Origin: an uncultured Planctomycetia bacterium
GTDB taxonomy: Bacteria; Omnitrophota; Gorgyraeia; Tantalellales; Tantalellaceae
DNA length: 64,000 nt
Reading direction: 5' to 3'
Assembly: GCA_964409365.1 (NCBI GenBank)
Contig: CAYPCX010000002.1
Coordinates: 96,984 to 160,983 of the forward strand
The notes beneath the pieces were generated by a model that made no database searches, had not been told where the DNA came from, and saw only the letters and a program-made list of their open reading frames with translations. Every line of letters begins with the position of its first letter. Positions within the stretch are counted from its first letter, which is position 1. The position numbers and the translations under genes were made by a program. Of this stretch, positions 42,001 through 54,000 are shown in pieces.

Positions 42001-45000
42001 ATTCCTTCAAAGCGGCCGGGACAAGAGAAGAGTTCACGCTGGCCGGTGAGACCCTCACTATCACCGGCGACGGAAAGCAGATAATGTGCGACTACGTTGC
42101 CTGCGATTCGATAACCCGCATAGACGGCCAGATCGCCCTTGGTGAACGCCTCGACCCGGCGAGCTCTATCGGCGTTTCCGGCGGAAAATATGACGGTAAG
42201 AAGGCCGGTCAATTGTACAGCTGGAACGTGAACGGCGCCTACAGGACCGAAGGAATAATAGAAGGCACGGATGCCATATTTACCAGCTACGACAATACCT
42301 ATACCAGGAAGGATGGGACGAAGACCATAGAGACGGCATCGGGCACGATAACCGTCCGGGACAAGCGCGGGGTGGACATGCTTGCCGGCAGGGTCGTCAC
42401 GGTAGACACGGCGATGATGACGGCCACGGGGGCCCGTCATGTCAGGATAACCCAGACCGCCAAGGAGAGACTGAGCGAGACGCTCGAGAAAGGTGTCTGG
42501 ACGAAAGCGACGGTCCTGAACTGTGATTTCCACGGCTTCAGCATGAACGTTGTCATTGACGCCGAAACGGGCGAGATATTCGGCGCCGCGACAGCCGGGC
42601 GCCAGGCGCAGTCGGAGTTGAGAGGGTTGGAACATACGGCCGCCAGCGATACAAGGGCGTTCAACGGCACGTTCGCCATGCGCCAGGCCGTCAAGGTCAC
42701 CGAGAACACCGGCAGGCGCTTCTTTATCAGCGTGACAGGCTATGAAGCGTTCCATGACGGCGCCTGGACCGGAGCGAAACTCCTGAACCTCGCAGGGGTC
42801 GACGGACCTGTGGTCACGAACATGGCGGGGAAGGTCCTTGGGGATGTCTCCAAAGAACAGGCCGCCCAGTTGAGAGGGGTTACGCATACGGCTTCGGTCG
42901 AGAAGGACGTACTTGGCCTCGCGGGCAAGACCAAACTGCGCCGCAGTGCGGATGTACTGGAGGTCAAAGGCGCGTTCTTCGTGAACGTGGGCAAAGACAC
43001 CCAGCTGTTCGACGGCAAGAGCTGGAGGACCGTGGATTTCCGTGCGGCCGGAGAACACATGATAGCCATTGATCGCGATACCAAAGAAGTTATCGGGGAT
43101 ATCAATGTGATCGCCGGGGCTATCTGGAACATGCAGCTTAAGAACACCGGCACCACGATAGGCGAACTTGCCAAGGCGGGAAAGATCTCGATGTACGAAA
43201 GAGACGACAAGAAGGTCAAATTCACGCAAGAGAATATCGTGAAGGCCCTTGGCGATGTGACGGGCAAGGACAGGGATAAGCTGTTCAGCAAGGTGGATCT
43301 TATCGTGAAAGCCGATCTTGCGATCGGGAGGATGGACGAAAGGCTGTCCAATCTCGACTGGGGCCTTAAGACGATCGGCGACCTGGTCCTGCACGGGAAG
43401 TCAAAACAGGAATTCTTCGACCAGATGCTCAAGGGATTGGAGAGCGGTAACCCGAGCGAAGTGACCAGCACGTTCAATACCGTTGAAGCCCTTGTCAAGC
43501 TCAACGCCATGGACGGCGCGAAAGGCGACTGGTACGGCGCTTTTAACGCGACCAGGATGGAAGTATGGTCCTGGGCCGGGATCAGCGTGGATAAGATGAA
43601 GGATGCCGCTTTTGACGGAAGGTTCGACGAGCTGAAGCTCGCCATGAACAATGTCATCACCCTCGAAAAATTCTGTGACCTGATAAGTTCCAAGGACAAG
43701 GCCGCTGTCGCCGGCGTGAACCTGGGCAGCCTCCTGGATAAGGCCGGCTGGACGACCGGGAGGATGATAGGCCTCGTTGAATCAGGCGACCTGAAGGGCA
43801 TGGAGAACATGACCAAGTATGTCGCCGGCGCCCTGATCCAGTTCGGGGAGATGGCCGGCGTGGACGATACCGCCAAACGCAGGCTCCTGCCGCAAATAGC
43901 TGAAGCCATGGCCAAGGCGGAAACTGCCGCCGGCACCAGTACGTTCTCCGTTGATGTTAATGGCAAGGGCGCCTTTTTGAGGGTCACGGAAGAAGGGTTG
44001 TTCCTGGGCATGTTCGGCAGTGATGTGGATTTCAAGGCCGCCGGCATGATGAAGAACGCCGACAGTCAGGCCCTCATGAACGAGGTTGTTTTGTTCAGGT
44101 TCGAGGGCGAAGGCGCTTTCAGGTTGATGAACAACGCCGTCTGGCAGGATAAAAAGACCCTGAAGAAGACATACACCCTCATCGGCGGCGCCAAGGAAGG
44201 CGCGTTGATAAACATGAAGCCCGACGGGGCGCTGGATATTGTTTCCGGTAGGATGGATGTCCATGGAGACGCCGGGTTAAGGGTGGAAAGTTTGGAAAAG
44301 GTGCTTGGTCCCAGCGGTGTCGAGGAAAAGGCCACCGACCGCAGGGCCTGCATAGCGGAAGTGACCAGGGACGCGAAAGGTAATTACTATATCGGCGCTT
44401 CCACCAGGAAGGGTTTTGAGCAGGAATCGGTAAGGATCAGTATATCCAACAACAAAGCGGTCGCTTCCGAGGGCATGCTCATATTCTTCAACGTCAAGGG
44501 AAGTTTCTCCTTCTCCATCGGCGGCAGGACCTTCAACCAGAACAACATCAATGTGGCCAAAGAAGGCGTCGTCATGAGCAAGCTCGGCGCCGAGGACGGC
44601 AAGGTAAGGACCATGACCTTCAGCGAATGGAAAGCCGAAGTGGAAACGCAGATCAAGGACATAAGAAAAAGCGATACCATACCGCCGGCCGCCGAGGAAG
44701 AGCTGCAAACACTTAAGAGCAACATGGAGCATGGGCATATACTTGAAGCTGAGGGTAATGTGGAATTCATAAAGATAGCGCCCAAGGCCGCAAGCGTGCT
44801 TATGGACCTCAGTGACGCCGAGCTGGATAGCGTGGTAGAAGTGGCAAAAGCGAATGGTATAAGCGCGGATACACTGAGACTGTTCTTCAGAAAAGACGAA
44901 TTGACGACGGGAGCGCTCGCGAGGGCCGCGATGGACGACAGGACACTAGCCCGTCTTATCAATAACGTGTCGATTATCACAGCCTACAAGGCGCGGATGA

Positions 45001-48000
45001 ACATGTACGCGGCGAAAGAGCAGACGGGCAAGCTGGCCGAGGAGATGGCCGCGGCTTTCGGCGTAAGCAGCCTGGACAGGGACGATTTCGTCGCCCTCGC
45101 GACAGGCAAGTTAATGGATAGCCCCGCTCTTGCGCGGATGATGAGCGAGCAAACCCAGGAGCTCGTTAACATGTTCGAATATCATAAGGACGAGGCGACC
45201 GGTGAGATGGTCTACGGTTCGGAGACGATCGGAGGAAGGATCGGAGGAAGGCTCGGATGGTGGGCGGGGACCATAGATCATTACAAGCTCCAGATAGCGG
45301 GTGTAGCGGTCGGCCTGGTCTTCCTGCCCGCAGGCGCGATGCTTCTTGCCGCGGGTGTCGCGGCCGGGTTCAGCGCTATAGCCCATATAGGTATAAAGAT
45401 ATGGTCTAACGTGAGATACGGAAGGAGCTGGCATGCGGGTACCTTCATATGGGAGCGGGGAGGCGGATGGACCGACTTTGAGTGGGGATTCTTCAAGGCG
45501 GTCGGGGAAGGGGCCTTTAACGGCGCCGCGTTCTATGGAGGTATAGGAGTTGTAAGCAAGGTCGGGTTCGTGGGAACGTTGGTCAATAATGCTTATTCCA
45601 TGGGCAAGCTTGCTCCTGTTGTTTTTGTGGGGGCCGGGGGCATGATCAATGTCACGTGGAACATAGCGAGTGCGGAGTACGCGAACCTGGTAGGAGGAGG
45701 AAACGAGTTTTACACCAGGAGCAGGTTTGTCGGCGACTTTATAAGGGGCGGCGTGCTCGGTTTTCTTGTTTACCTTGGTTGTGGTAACGGGGCCAGCGCG
45801 GCGGCTACGGTAGGAAGCAAGATAGGAACGATCGCACTCGGCGCCGGTATAGGCGCTACAGGCTTTGTGACGGCCGACCTGGCGCAGGACTGGATGGAAG
45901 GGAAGATCACTTCCAAGGAAGAGTTGGGGAAACGCCTGCGGTCGAGCAGGACCCTGGTAAGCGCGCTTACAGGCGCGCTCTGGGGCGCTATGGCAGTGTA
46001 CGCGGCGACACCCGGGAAGGGCTTTGGCCAGGATAAGCTGAGGGGAGCTATCGCAAAAACGGGCAAGCTGGCCAGTTCCGGTAGGGCCATGGCTTGGGAG
46101 ATGGCCAAGGGCGCCGCGCATTGGCCTCTGGTAAGCATGTCGTTCGGCATTATCGGCGGCGTGGTCAATACCGTGTTTGATGCGATCAGGACAGGGTGGA
46201 ACAAGTCGGGCCTGCTCGGGGCTATCGGCCACGGCCTCCACGCGCTGGTCGTGTTTACGGACTGGAAGACGGAGAGCGGCCACCGCATGTTCAGCGGAAA
46301 AGGCCTTTTTGAGATCGCGCAGCACGGTATCGAAGGTTTCAGGACCGGTCTTTACATGGGCCCGTTCGTGGGTCTCTTCGGCGGTATCAGTCAGATGCCG
46401 GGGGCGATGGAAGCTAAAGCAGCTGAAGGAGTGGGATTGTGGGCTTCGGTAAGCGCTGGAGCGGGCAAAGCAGTGACCAGACTGGGTAAAACACTGGGTA
46501 AAATATGGGCAGGGGTAACGAAGGTAGCAGGAACGGTAGTCAACAAAGAAGCCGTACTTAACGCGTGGACCGCAGTAACGGCTGCAACAGGCGCTGCAAA
46601 AAAAGCTGTGTTAGGTGGTATGTGGAACGCGGCAAACGCGATAGCGAATAATTTCGCGACAGTGATGACGAACGCGGCATCCAGGTTCGGGATGAAGATC
46701 GCCGGCACTGCGGAGACGATCATAAAACTGAAGTTCATAAACAAGGCGCTTGAGGGTCTGGCGGCAAGGGACAAGTTCGGTGCCAGCAGGTTCGGAGGCG
46801 CGGGACTGTCGCAGGGCGCCACTTCTGTCCTGAGCTGGGCCATGCTTTTCGCCATACCGTCGGTCGTGGCTTATGTCCACCAGCGCAGGCAGCTGAGAAA
46901 GATAGCACAGATCCAGGAGAAATCGAGAGGGGCGGTTACCCGGAGCGTACACAAATTGCTTGATGGGAAGGCGAAGGAAATAGAGGCTGCCGGTAAAGCG
47001 GCATACGATAAATCAATGGAAGATACCGATGGTAAAGGTTTTTCGAGAGGATACCGGGAAGCGCTTGCAGAGAACCAGCGCCAGATCGCCAAAGGTGTGC
47101 GGATAGATTGGGCCATTCGCGAAGCAAAGCAGGAAATGGAAAAACGTACCAGTCCGAAGGAGAAAGAGGCTCTCAGGAAGCAGGGGCTGGCCAAGTGGGA
47201 AGGCATAACGACCACGGAAAGCGTGATCACCGAGGCCATAGAGAGCTATGTTAAGAAGATGGGCATAACTCCCCAGCAGTTCTTGGCCGCGGTAGCAGGG
47301 GTTGATTCTGCGATGCAAAGTATAAAAGCCGGCGAAAAAGCAAAGATGAAACCGGAAAGAATGGAAGAACTCAAGAAAGAAGCGGAAGCGCGCGGAAAAG
47401 AGATGCTTGATTTTCTGGAAGCTACCTCGCAATCCGGATTCAGTCTTTTTAACGCCATTGTTGATCCAGGGGTTAAACCGGGCGAAACAAAGGCGGAAAA
47501 GGCGGCATATGAAAAGGCTAAACAACAAAAGATTCAGGAACTACGGGGCAAACTCGGTAATGTCGGAGAAGCTGCCAGTGAGGGGCAAAGGGCGCAGTTC
47601 AGAAAGGAGATAGAGGCTGGAATTAACGCAAAGGCAAAGGGAAATGCTAAAATGCAGGCCCAGCTGAACAAGGAACTCGGGCCCAAAGGATCAGGTGTGA
47701 CCGGCTTGCAGGTTCTTACCACGGCTATCGAGACGTTCGTCAGGATACATGCATATACGGGCGGGAAATGGAACCCCCTGTGGGGTAAAGAAGCGCAGAA
47801 GGGCGGGCAGTTCAGTGCCGTGGTTGCCGGGTTATACTCTGCGATCGACTGCAACCTGCAGGGTACAAATGCGAGAGGCACTATCATAACCCTGCCTTGC
47901 GGCCAGGGTAAGACTTTCGTTAATGTGGCTCTACAGATGGCTTTCGGGACATGGCTGGTGGATGTGGCTCCATCCACTATTACCGACGCGGAAGGCAAAG

Positions 48001-51000
48001 AGCGGAAGATAGGCGCCGATTACAAGAGCGTGACGGACCTCCGGTTGATGATAGTCGTCGATACCGACGCGAACGTACAAAAAGATTTTAATATGACAAG
48101 TATTGAAAAGGGTTCGCTCGCGGAAGTACTGGTGCAATTCTGCGGCGGAAAGAAGAGCTTTATTAAGGCGGTCACGGACAAGAACCCCATGACCGATGGC
48201 AAGGGCATCTTTGTCTTGTCGGCAAAGACACTGCTTTCCACGTTCTACAATTCGCCTGACAAGCTTGAAGGGTTCAATCTTCTTACCGTGGACGAAGTCG
48301 AAGCCGTACTGCAATCCACGAACCTTACCTACAGCGCGGCTATCAACATGTTCGCGAAACAGAGCGGCGGCGCGCAGAATTTCCTCCTCCAGATGGACGG
48401 CATGACAAAAGAGGCGGCCAGGATGGTCAAGAACGCGTGGGCCGGGGGCGCGGGTTGGAAAGATTTCAATGTGGATAAGAGCACCAGCGAAAGATACCTG
48501 ACGGAAGGGGTTCATAACCAGATTGTGAATAAGCTATTGGGTAGGGCTGACATGCAGGGTGTTATAGCGACTGTCGGGGGCAAGGCTATGGCGGAGATAC
48601 TGCTTACGACTTACCTTAACCGTGCCACTCACATGTTGACCTGTAACCAGCATACCAAGGGTGAGTTCACCATCAATTATAACAAGGACGGCACGGTGAA
48701 GTCTTACACCATGCATGACAGGTCCACCGGGGCTGACATGGAAAATACCCAGTATGGTGACGCGTGGAAGGCCCTGGCCATCCATCACCGCGGCCAGTTA
48801 GAAGGTGAGGCCAAGTTGTCGACCAGCCAGGTGCAGAAGCAGACCGAGCGGGGATTGAACGCGTTCCTGTCTGTGACCAGTCGCAGTGTGAGTATCGGTC
48901 AGGCCCTTGCCCATGTGAACAAGCATTCGGCCAGCGGCGGAGATATCCTTGTAGGCCTTACGGGTACCGTAGCCGGTTGTAAGTCGACTCTGGCCGTCAT
49001 GGGTGTAAACCTGGTCCAGCTCGGCACCAGTACCTGGAACAGGGACGCGGGTTACCGGTTCTATGGTGATCATAGCAGCATGTTATCGGCTGCCGGCAGA
49101 GATATGTTGAGCATGGCAAAACAGAACGCGAACGGAAGAAAACTGGTGGTAGGGGCCTTCGGTACTGTCGATAAGATGTTGGAGGTCGCCAACAAGATGT
49201 CAGGAAAGAAACTGACGACGGCAGACGTGCTGAGGCGCGGATTTCTTGAAGTAAAGGTAGGCGGTCAGAGGATATGCCTTTACACGGACCCGAATGCGTT
49301 CATCGCGCAGAAGAATAAGGTCACCAGTAACAGAAAACGCATGAGGTTCGGTAACGCCATCCATCTTATAGCCCAGCTTGGTACGGGTTCGAACGCCTTT
49401 GAAACGCAATGGGTGGGCTTGGACAAAGCAGAGACAGGGTTTGATCCCCATAAGATAAAGACAGGTAAGAAAGGGGTATATTTTACAAGCGTTGAGATGT
49501 ATACGACCGAAATAGGTACCTCCAGCGCCATGACGCAGCAGGAAGAAAGGATAAACGCTAACGGCAGGGGCGCGGGGAATGTCCACCACTATATAAATGT
49601 AGCTGAAGTAATGGCAGAAAATGCCAACAGGACCCTTTTGAGCAAGGTTGTTGAGCAAACCGGTGGATTCGACAAAGAGATGAACGGTTACAGCAGGTCC
49701 GCCCAGTTGTTCCAGGAGTTCATGGAGAACAATAACAACAACATAGATACCGCCCAGGCGAGAGGTGCAGTCCAGGTATTGCAGCAAACCGAGGATTTTC
49801 GTTTAGGTGAAGTGATGCATACCCTTTATGGTTTGCCGGTGTTAGAGACGATCCCGGCAGGTGCTCGGGATACTGCGATCAACAGGTTCAGCCAGGCTGT
49901 GGAAGAAGCCGGTGGTATTGAAGGTGTAACCGGGGAGGATATGGATAAGATCTCCGAGTGGCTGGGGACGGAGTTCGGCGCTGAAGTCGGGGAAGGTTTC
50001 GCGGAAAGCCTTGGCGGCGCGTCTGAAAGCCTTGGTCTGAGCCCGGTCGAGACGTTCGGCCTGGTCATGGACGCTCATAAGAACCTGGCCGTGTCGGATA
50101 TCATGGGTATGGCGAAGGATGTCAGGGCACAGGCGGACAGTAAGACCATGATACCTCGCGTTACGGCCGGAAGGGAAAGCAGTTCCTTTATCGACAGCGG
50201 GTTGGCCGGTATCGAGTTTGACGGAAGGAATATAGAGACCGAGGTCGAGGTCGCGGGCAAGCGGGAGACCTATAAAGGCAGGGACGCGGTATCCAGGATC
50301 ATCGCCAATGCCTGCGCGTCCAGGGGCATGGACGTCTTTGAGGCGAATGGGACGTCATTTATCGCGGCTGAGCGTACCGGAGCTCTCCTGGGGCACGTGC
50401 AGGTAGGTAACGGTGTCCGGGACGGTATAGTTACCGTTGACGCCGAAGCGGTTTCCGGCCTGGCCGGTGAAGTTATCAGGGCCCTCCTGGAGGACAGGGG
50501 TATCGAACTCGACGCGGGCCAGAAGATGAAGGTTTTGGATATATTGCTGCAGGTAGGCATATCCCACGAGATGAGGCATGAGGCCAGGGATGCCAGCGCC
50601 CATGTCGGCGGCAGCCAGAGAGAGGAACTGATGCTTACGGTAGAGGACGCCGCCATGCTGGCGAACCTCATGCATGATGCCGGTATCGTTGAGGCAAATC
50701 CCGAAGGAGTTGAAACCCTGCGCGCTGTTGTCCCGGCGGCACTGAGAGGTCTGGTCATGCGCGCCGGCGCTGATGAACGAAAGAGCAAGTTCATCCAGGT
50801 CCTGGACAACGTTATGGCCGATAACGCAGTAATGCAGGCGCTCATGACCGGCCAGCTCAGCATAGGCATTACCAACGGCCAGCTTACTCTTGCCGCCGCC
50901 AAAGGCGCGAGCGTGGATATCATAAAAGCCGCGGCCGGGACTATTGTCAACGCGGCGAGCGCCGTGTGCGGCGTGAACAGCCTGGCGGCCGGCATGGACA

Positions 51001-54000
51001 TCAACATCGCCGCGGGGGCCGGAGTGGTCAATGACTTCCAGGCTTTTGATAACATGGTTTCCAGTATAATGGGCGAAGTGCGGGAAGGCGGGAATAATGT
51101 CAACATCGCTTCCGTAGCCGCTAACATAAAGGGAGCTGATATCGACGTGAAGATGGATACCGCGAGCAAAAAGGTCGATAACGTCGCGGTTTCCCGCCTG
51201 GGCGTGAGAATGCAACAGGCGCAGATGGGCAGGACGGTCGATCTGCAGAACGTCCTGGGCAGCGTGTACAATGCCGTCGATAACGTTATCATGACGGGCA
51301 TGGTGACTAACGCCCAGGACATGGTGAACGCGGTATCCGTAGCGAGATCGGTCCTGGGCGCGGAGCTTGGGATGGAAGCTATGAACTGTGACCTCACTGT
51401 CGAGATGCTGGACGGGACCGAGCTTACGGCAAGCCTGGATACAAGGGGCAATGTGATGAGCGCGATGGCCGCCCGGACCCGCGAAGGGGTTCGCGTGAAG
51501 CAGGACCAGCGTGACGGGAAGATAGATATCGATGGAGTGAATGATCTCGTTGTCGCGGCTAACAAGATAGCGGCGCGTTTCGGGCGTGTAGCCGCCGGCC
51601 GCGATCTCGCCAGGGCGGGCTTCGCGTCAATGGCAAAACTGCGTAACATCATCGGCACCGGGAACGCGGCGAATTGCGCCATGACCCTCACCGCTCTGAC
51701 CGGGACGGAAGTGACGCTTGTCACCGACAGGCGCGGCATGTTGACGAGCATGACCGCCATGGCAAGAGGCGTGAGCATGCAGAAGATGAAGATGGACGGC
51801 ATGATGGACCTCGAAGCGCTTAAGAGAGGGGCCAGTATGTTGAACGGCCTCGTTAACGCGGCCGAGACGGCAGGCAGGCGCGGCATGGTGACCCATAGTA
51901 ACCAGCTTGGCCGCGCGGCTATAAGGGCGACGGTCAGCATGATGGAACATATGGGCGCGGAGAACGCGGGTGATTGTACCGTGAAGGTCACGGCTATTAA
52001 CGGCACCGGGGCCATGATAGCCACCAATGAGCGTGCCGGTGTCAGGAGCGTAGGCGCGATCAGAAGCGGCGTGACCATGGAACAGCTGAGCCGTGACGGC
52101 AGGGCGGACAGTAGTGTGATAGACAGCCTCGTAAGCGCCGCGGAAACTCTCGACGCGAGCGGCAAGACGATGACCGGTGTCCAGGGGCTTGTTAACGCGG
52201 CGGAAGCGGCAAGGTCCGGCCTGCGGACGGATATCGGCGCCCAGGCGATGGACTGCATGGTCACGGTCGAGACCCTGAGCGGGACAAAGCTCACCGCGGT
52301 CACGGACATGACGGGTAACGTCACGGATGTGTCGGCGGCCCGCGAAGGAGTGATAGTCAGGCAGGCCCAGATAGAAGGCAGGATAGATGTCCAGAGAGCG
52401 GGAGAATTAGTTAATGCCGCGGAGACGATAAACGCCAGGGGCGCGGTAACGGACAGCCGGCAGCTTGCCGATACCATGAACAAGGCCATGCTGGATCTCA
52501 GGACGAGTGTGGACGGCGTGGTTAACATGGCCAACAGCGCCATTACCCTTACGGCGGCTAACGGCACGGAACTCGTCGGTACGACCGACAGTTTCGGGAA
52601 TGTCGCGAACGTGACCGCGACAAGCGGCATATTACACATGGAACAGATGCAGTTGGGCGGAAGAGTGAATATTGACAGGGTGAACAACATGGTCAATGCC
52701 ATAGAAGCGGTCAGCCCGGATATCAGCGTGACAGAGAGCAGAGAGCTCCCGGCGGCGATGGATAAGGTCATATCATACATGATCACGAGGGGTTTCAGGG
52801 ATATTAAGGATATGGCCAATAGCGCCATCACAATTACCGCTCCCAGCGGCACCGAATTGACGGTCATGACCGAGGAAAGAGGAAGCGAGATCGTGAGGAC
52901 CGGTGTCAGGTCCGGAGCGGTCCGGATAGAGCAGGCGTGGCCTGACGGCATGTTTGACGTTGAAGTAGCCGGTCGTACCGTGGATACCGCGGAAGCTATC
53001 GGCGCCGACGCTGCCCTGACCCGCAGCGATGAGCTCGGAACTGCGCTGGCCGCGGCGTTCTCGCGCTTAGGAACAGGTCTCGGAGTAGGGGAGAACATGG
53101 CAAACACCGTGCTGACCGTCACGGCCGTGAACGGGACCAAAGCCGCGGCGCTGACGGACGATCTGGGGAGGTTCGATAGTGTAGCCGTTTCGAGCGGAAT
53201 GATAAAGATCGAACAGGCCCAGGTCGACAGGAAGGTACGCGTGCCGGGGATAAACGGCCTTGTGAGGGCGATCGAGGCCGATGCCGGGCTTACCAGGATG
53301 GCTGACAGCCGCCAGCTCGGCAGTACGGCCGTTTCGGTCATTTCTAACATGAGGACGGTCCTCGATGGCAAGGAGAACACGGCCAACAGTATCGTGACCG
53401 TCATGGCCCCGAGCGGAACGGGGGTCTCGGTAAGCATGAATAATGACGGTGATATTACCCGCACGTTCGCGACGCGCGGCGGTATAAGAATAGAGCAGGC
53501 GCGGCTTGCGGAACATCTGGACAGCCGGGATGTGGACAGCCTGGTGAATATTGCGGATGCTGCCGGTCTTGCCGGTCCGGTCGCCGACAGTAGCGCGCTT
53601 GCCGAAGTGGCCGCGGTGAAGATAGCGGGCTTAAGAAGCGACATTGGCGCCGGTGAAATGGCCAACCGCACTATCGCTTTTATTGCCGAGAACGGCACGG
53701 AAGCTCAGGTAACCACCGATGATCAGGGCATGGTGGACCGGGTGGCTGCCGGGCACGAAGGGGTTCGCATGGAACAGGCCCGGCCCGGCGTGAGTGTTGA
53801 TAATGAGGCGCTGAACGGTCTTGTCGGCAAAGTGGAAGCGTTGGCCGGGATGAGAGCGGCTGACGCGATCAATGGCGCGCTTGACTTCGCCCGCGAGACA
53901 GGAATTAATACGGAATTAAGCTTTGACCTTGTTATGGATATACGGGTCGAAGCCGCCACAGTTGACAGGGGTCTGGGCCGGTTAGAGGTTATACACGCAA

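Noticed and set aside
50270-53698. 1,142-aa minus-strand ORF
   Set aside because: Ala/Ser/Thr/Pro/Arg-rich low-complexity translation with no motif content. It lies fully antisense to the motif-rich plus-strand giant gene (tandem-repeat region). It is a typical GC-rich antisense shadow.
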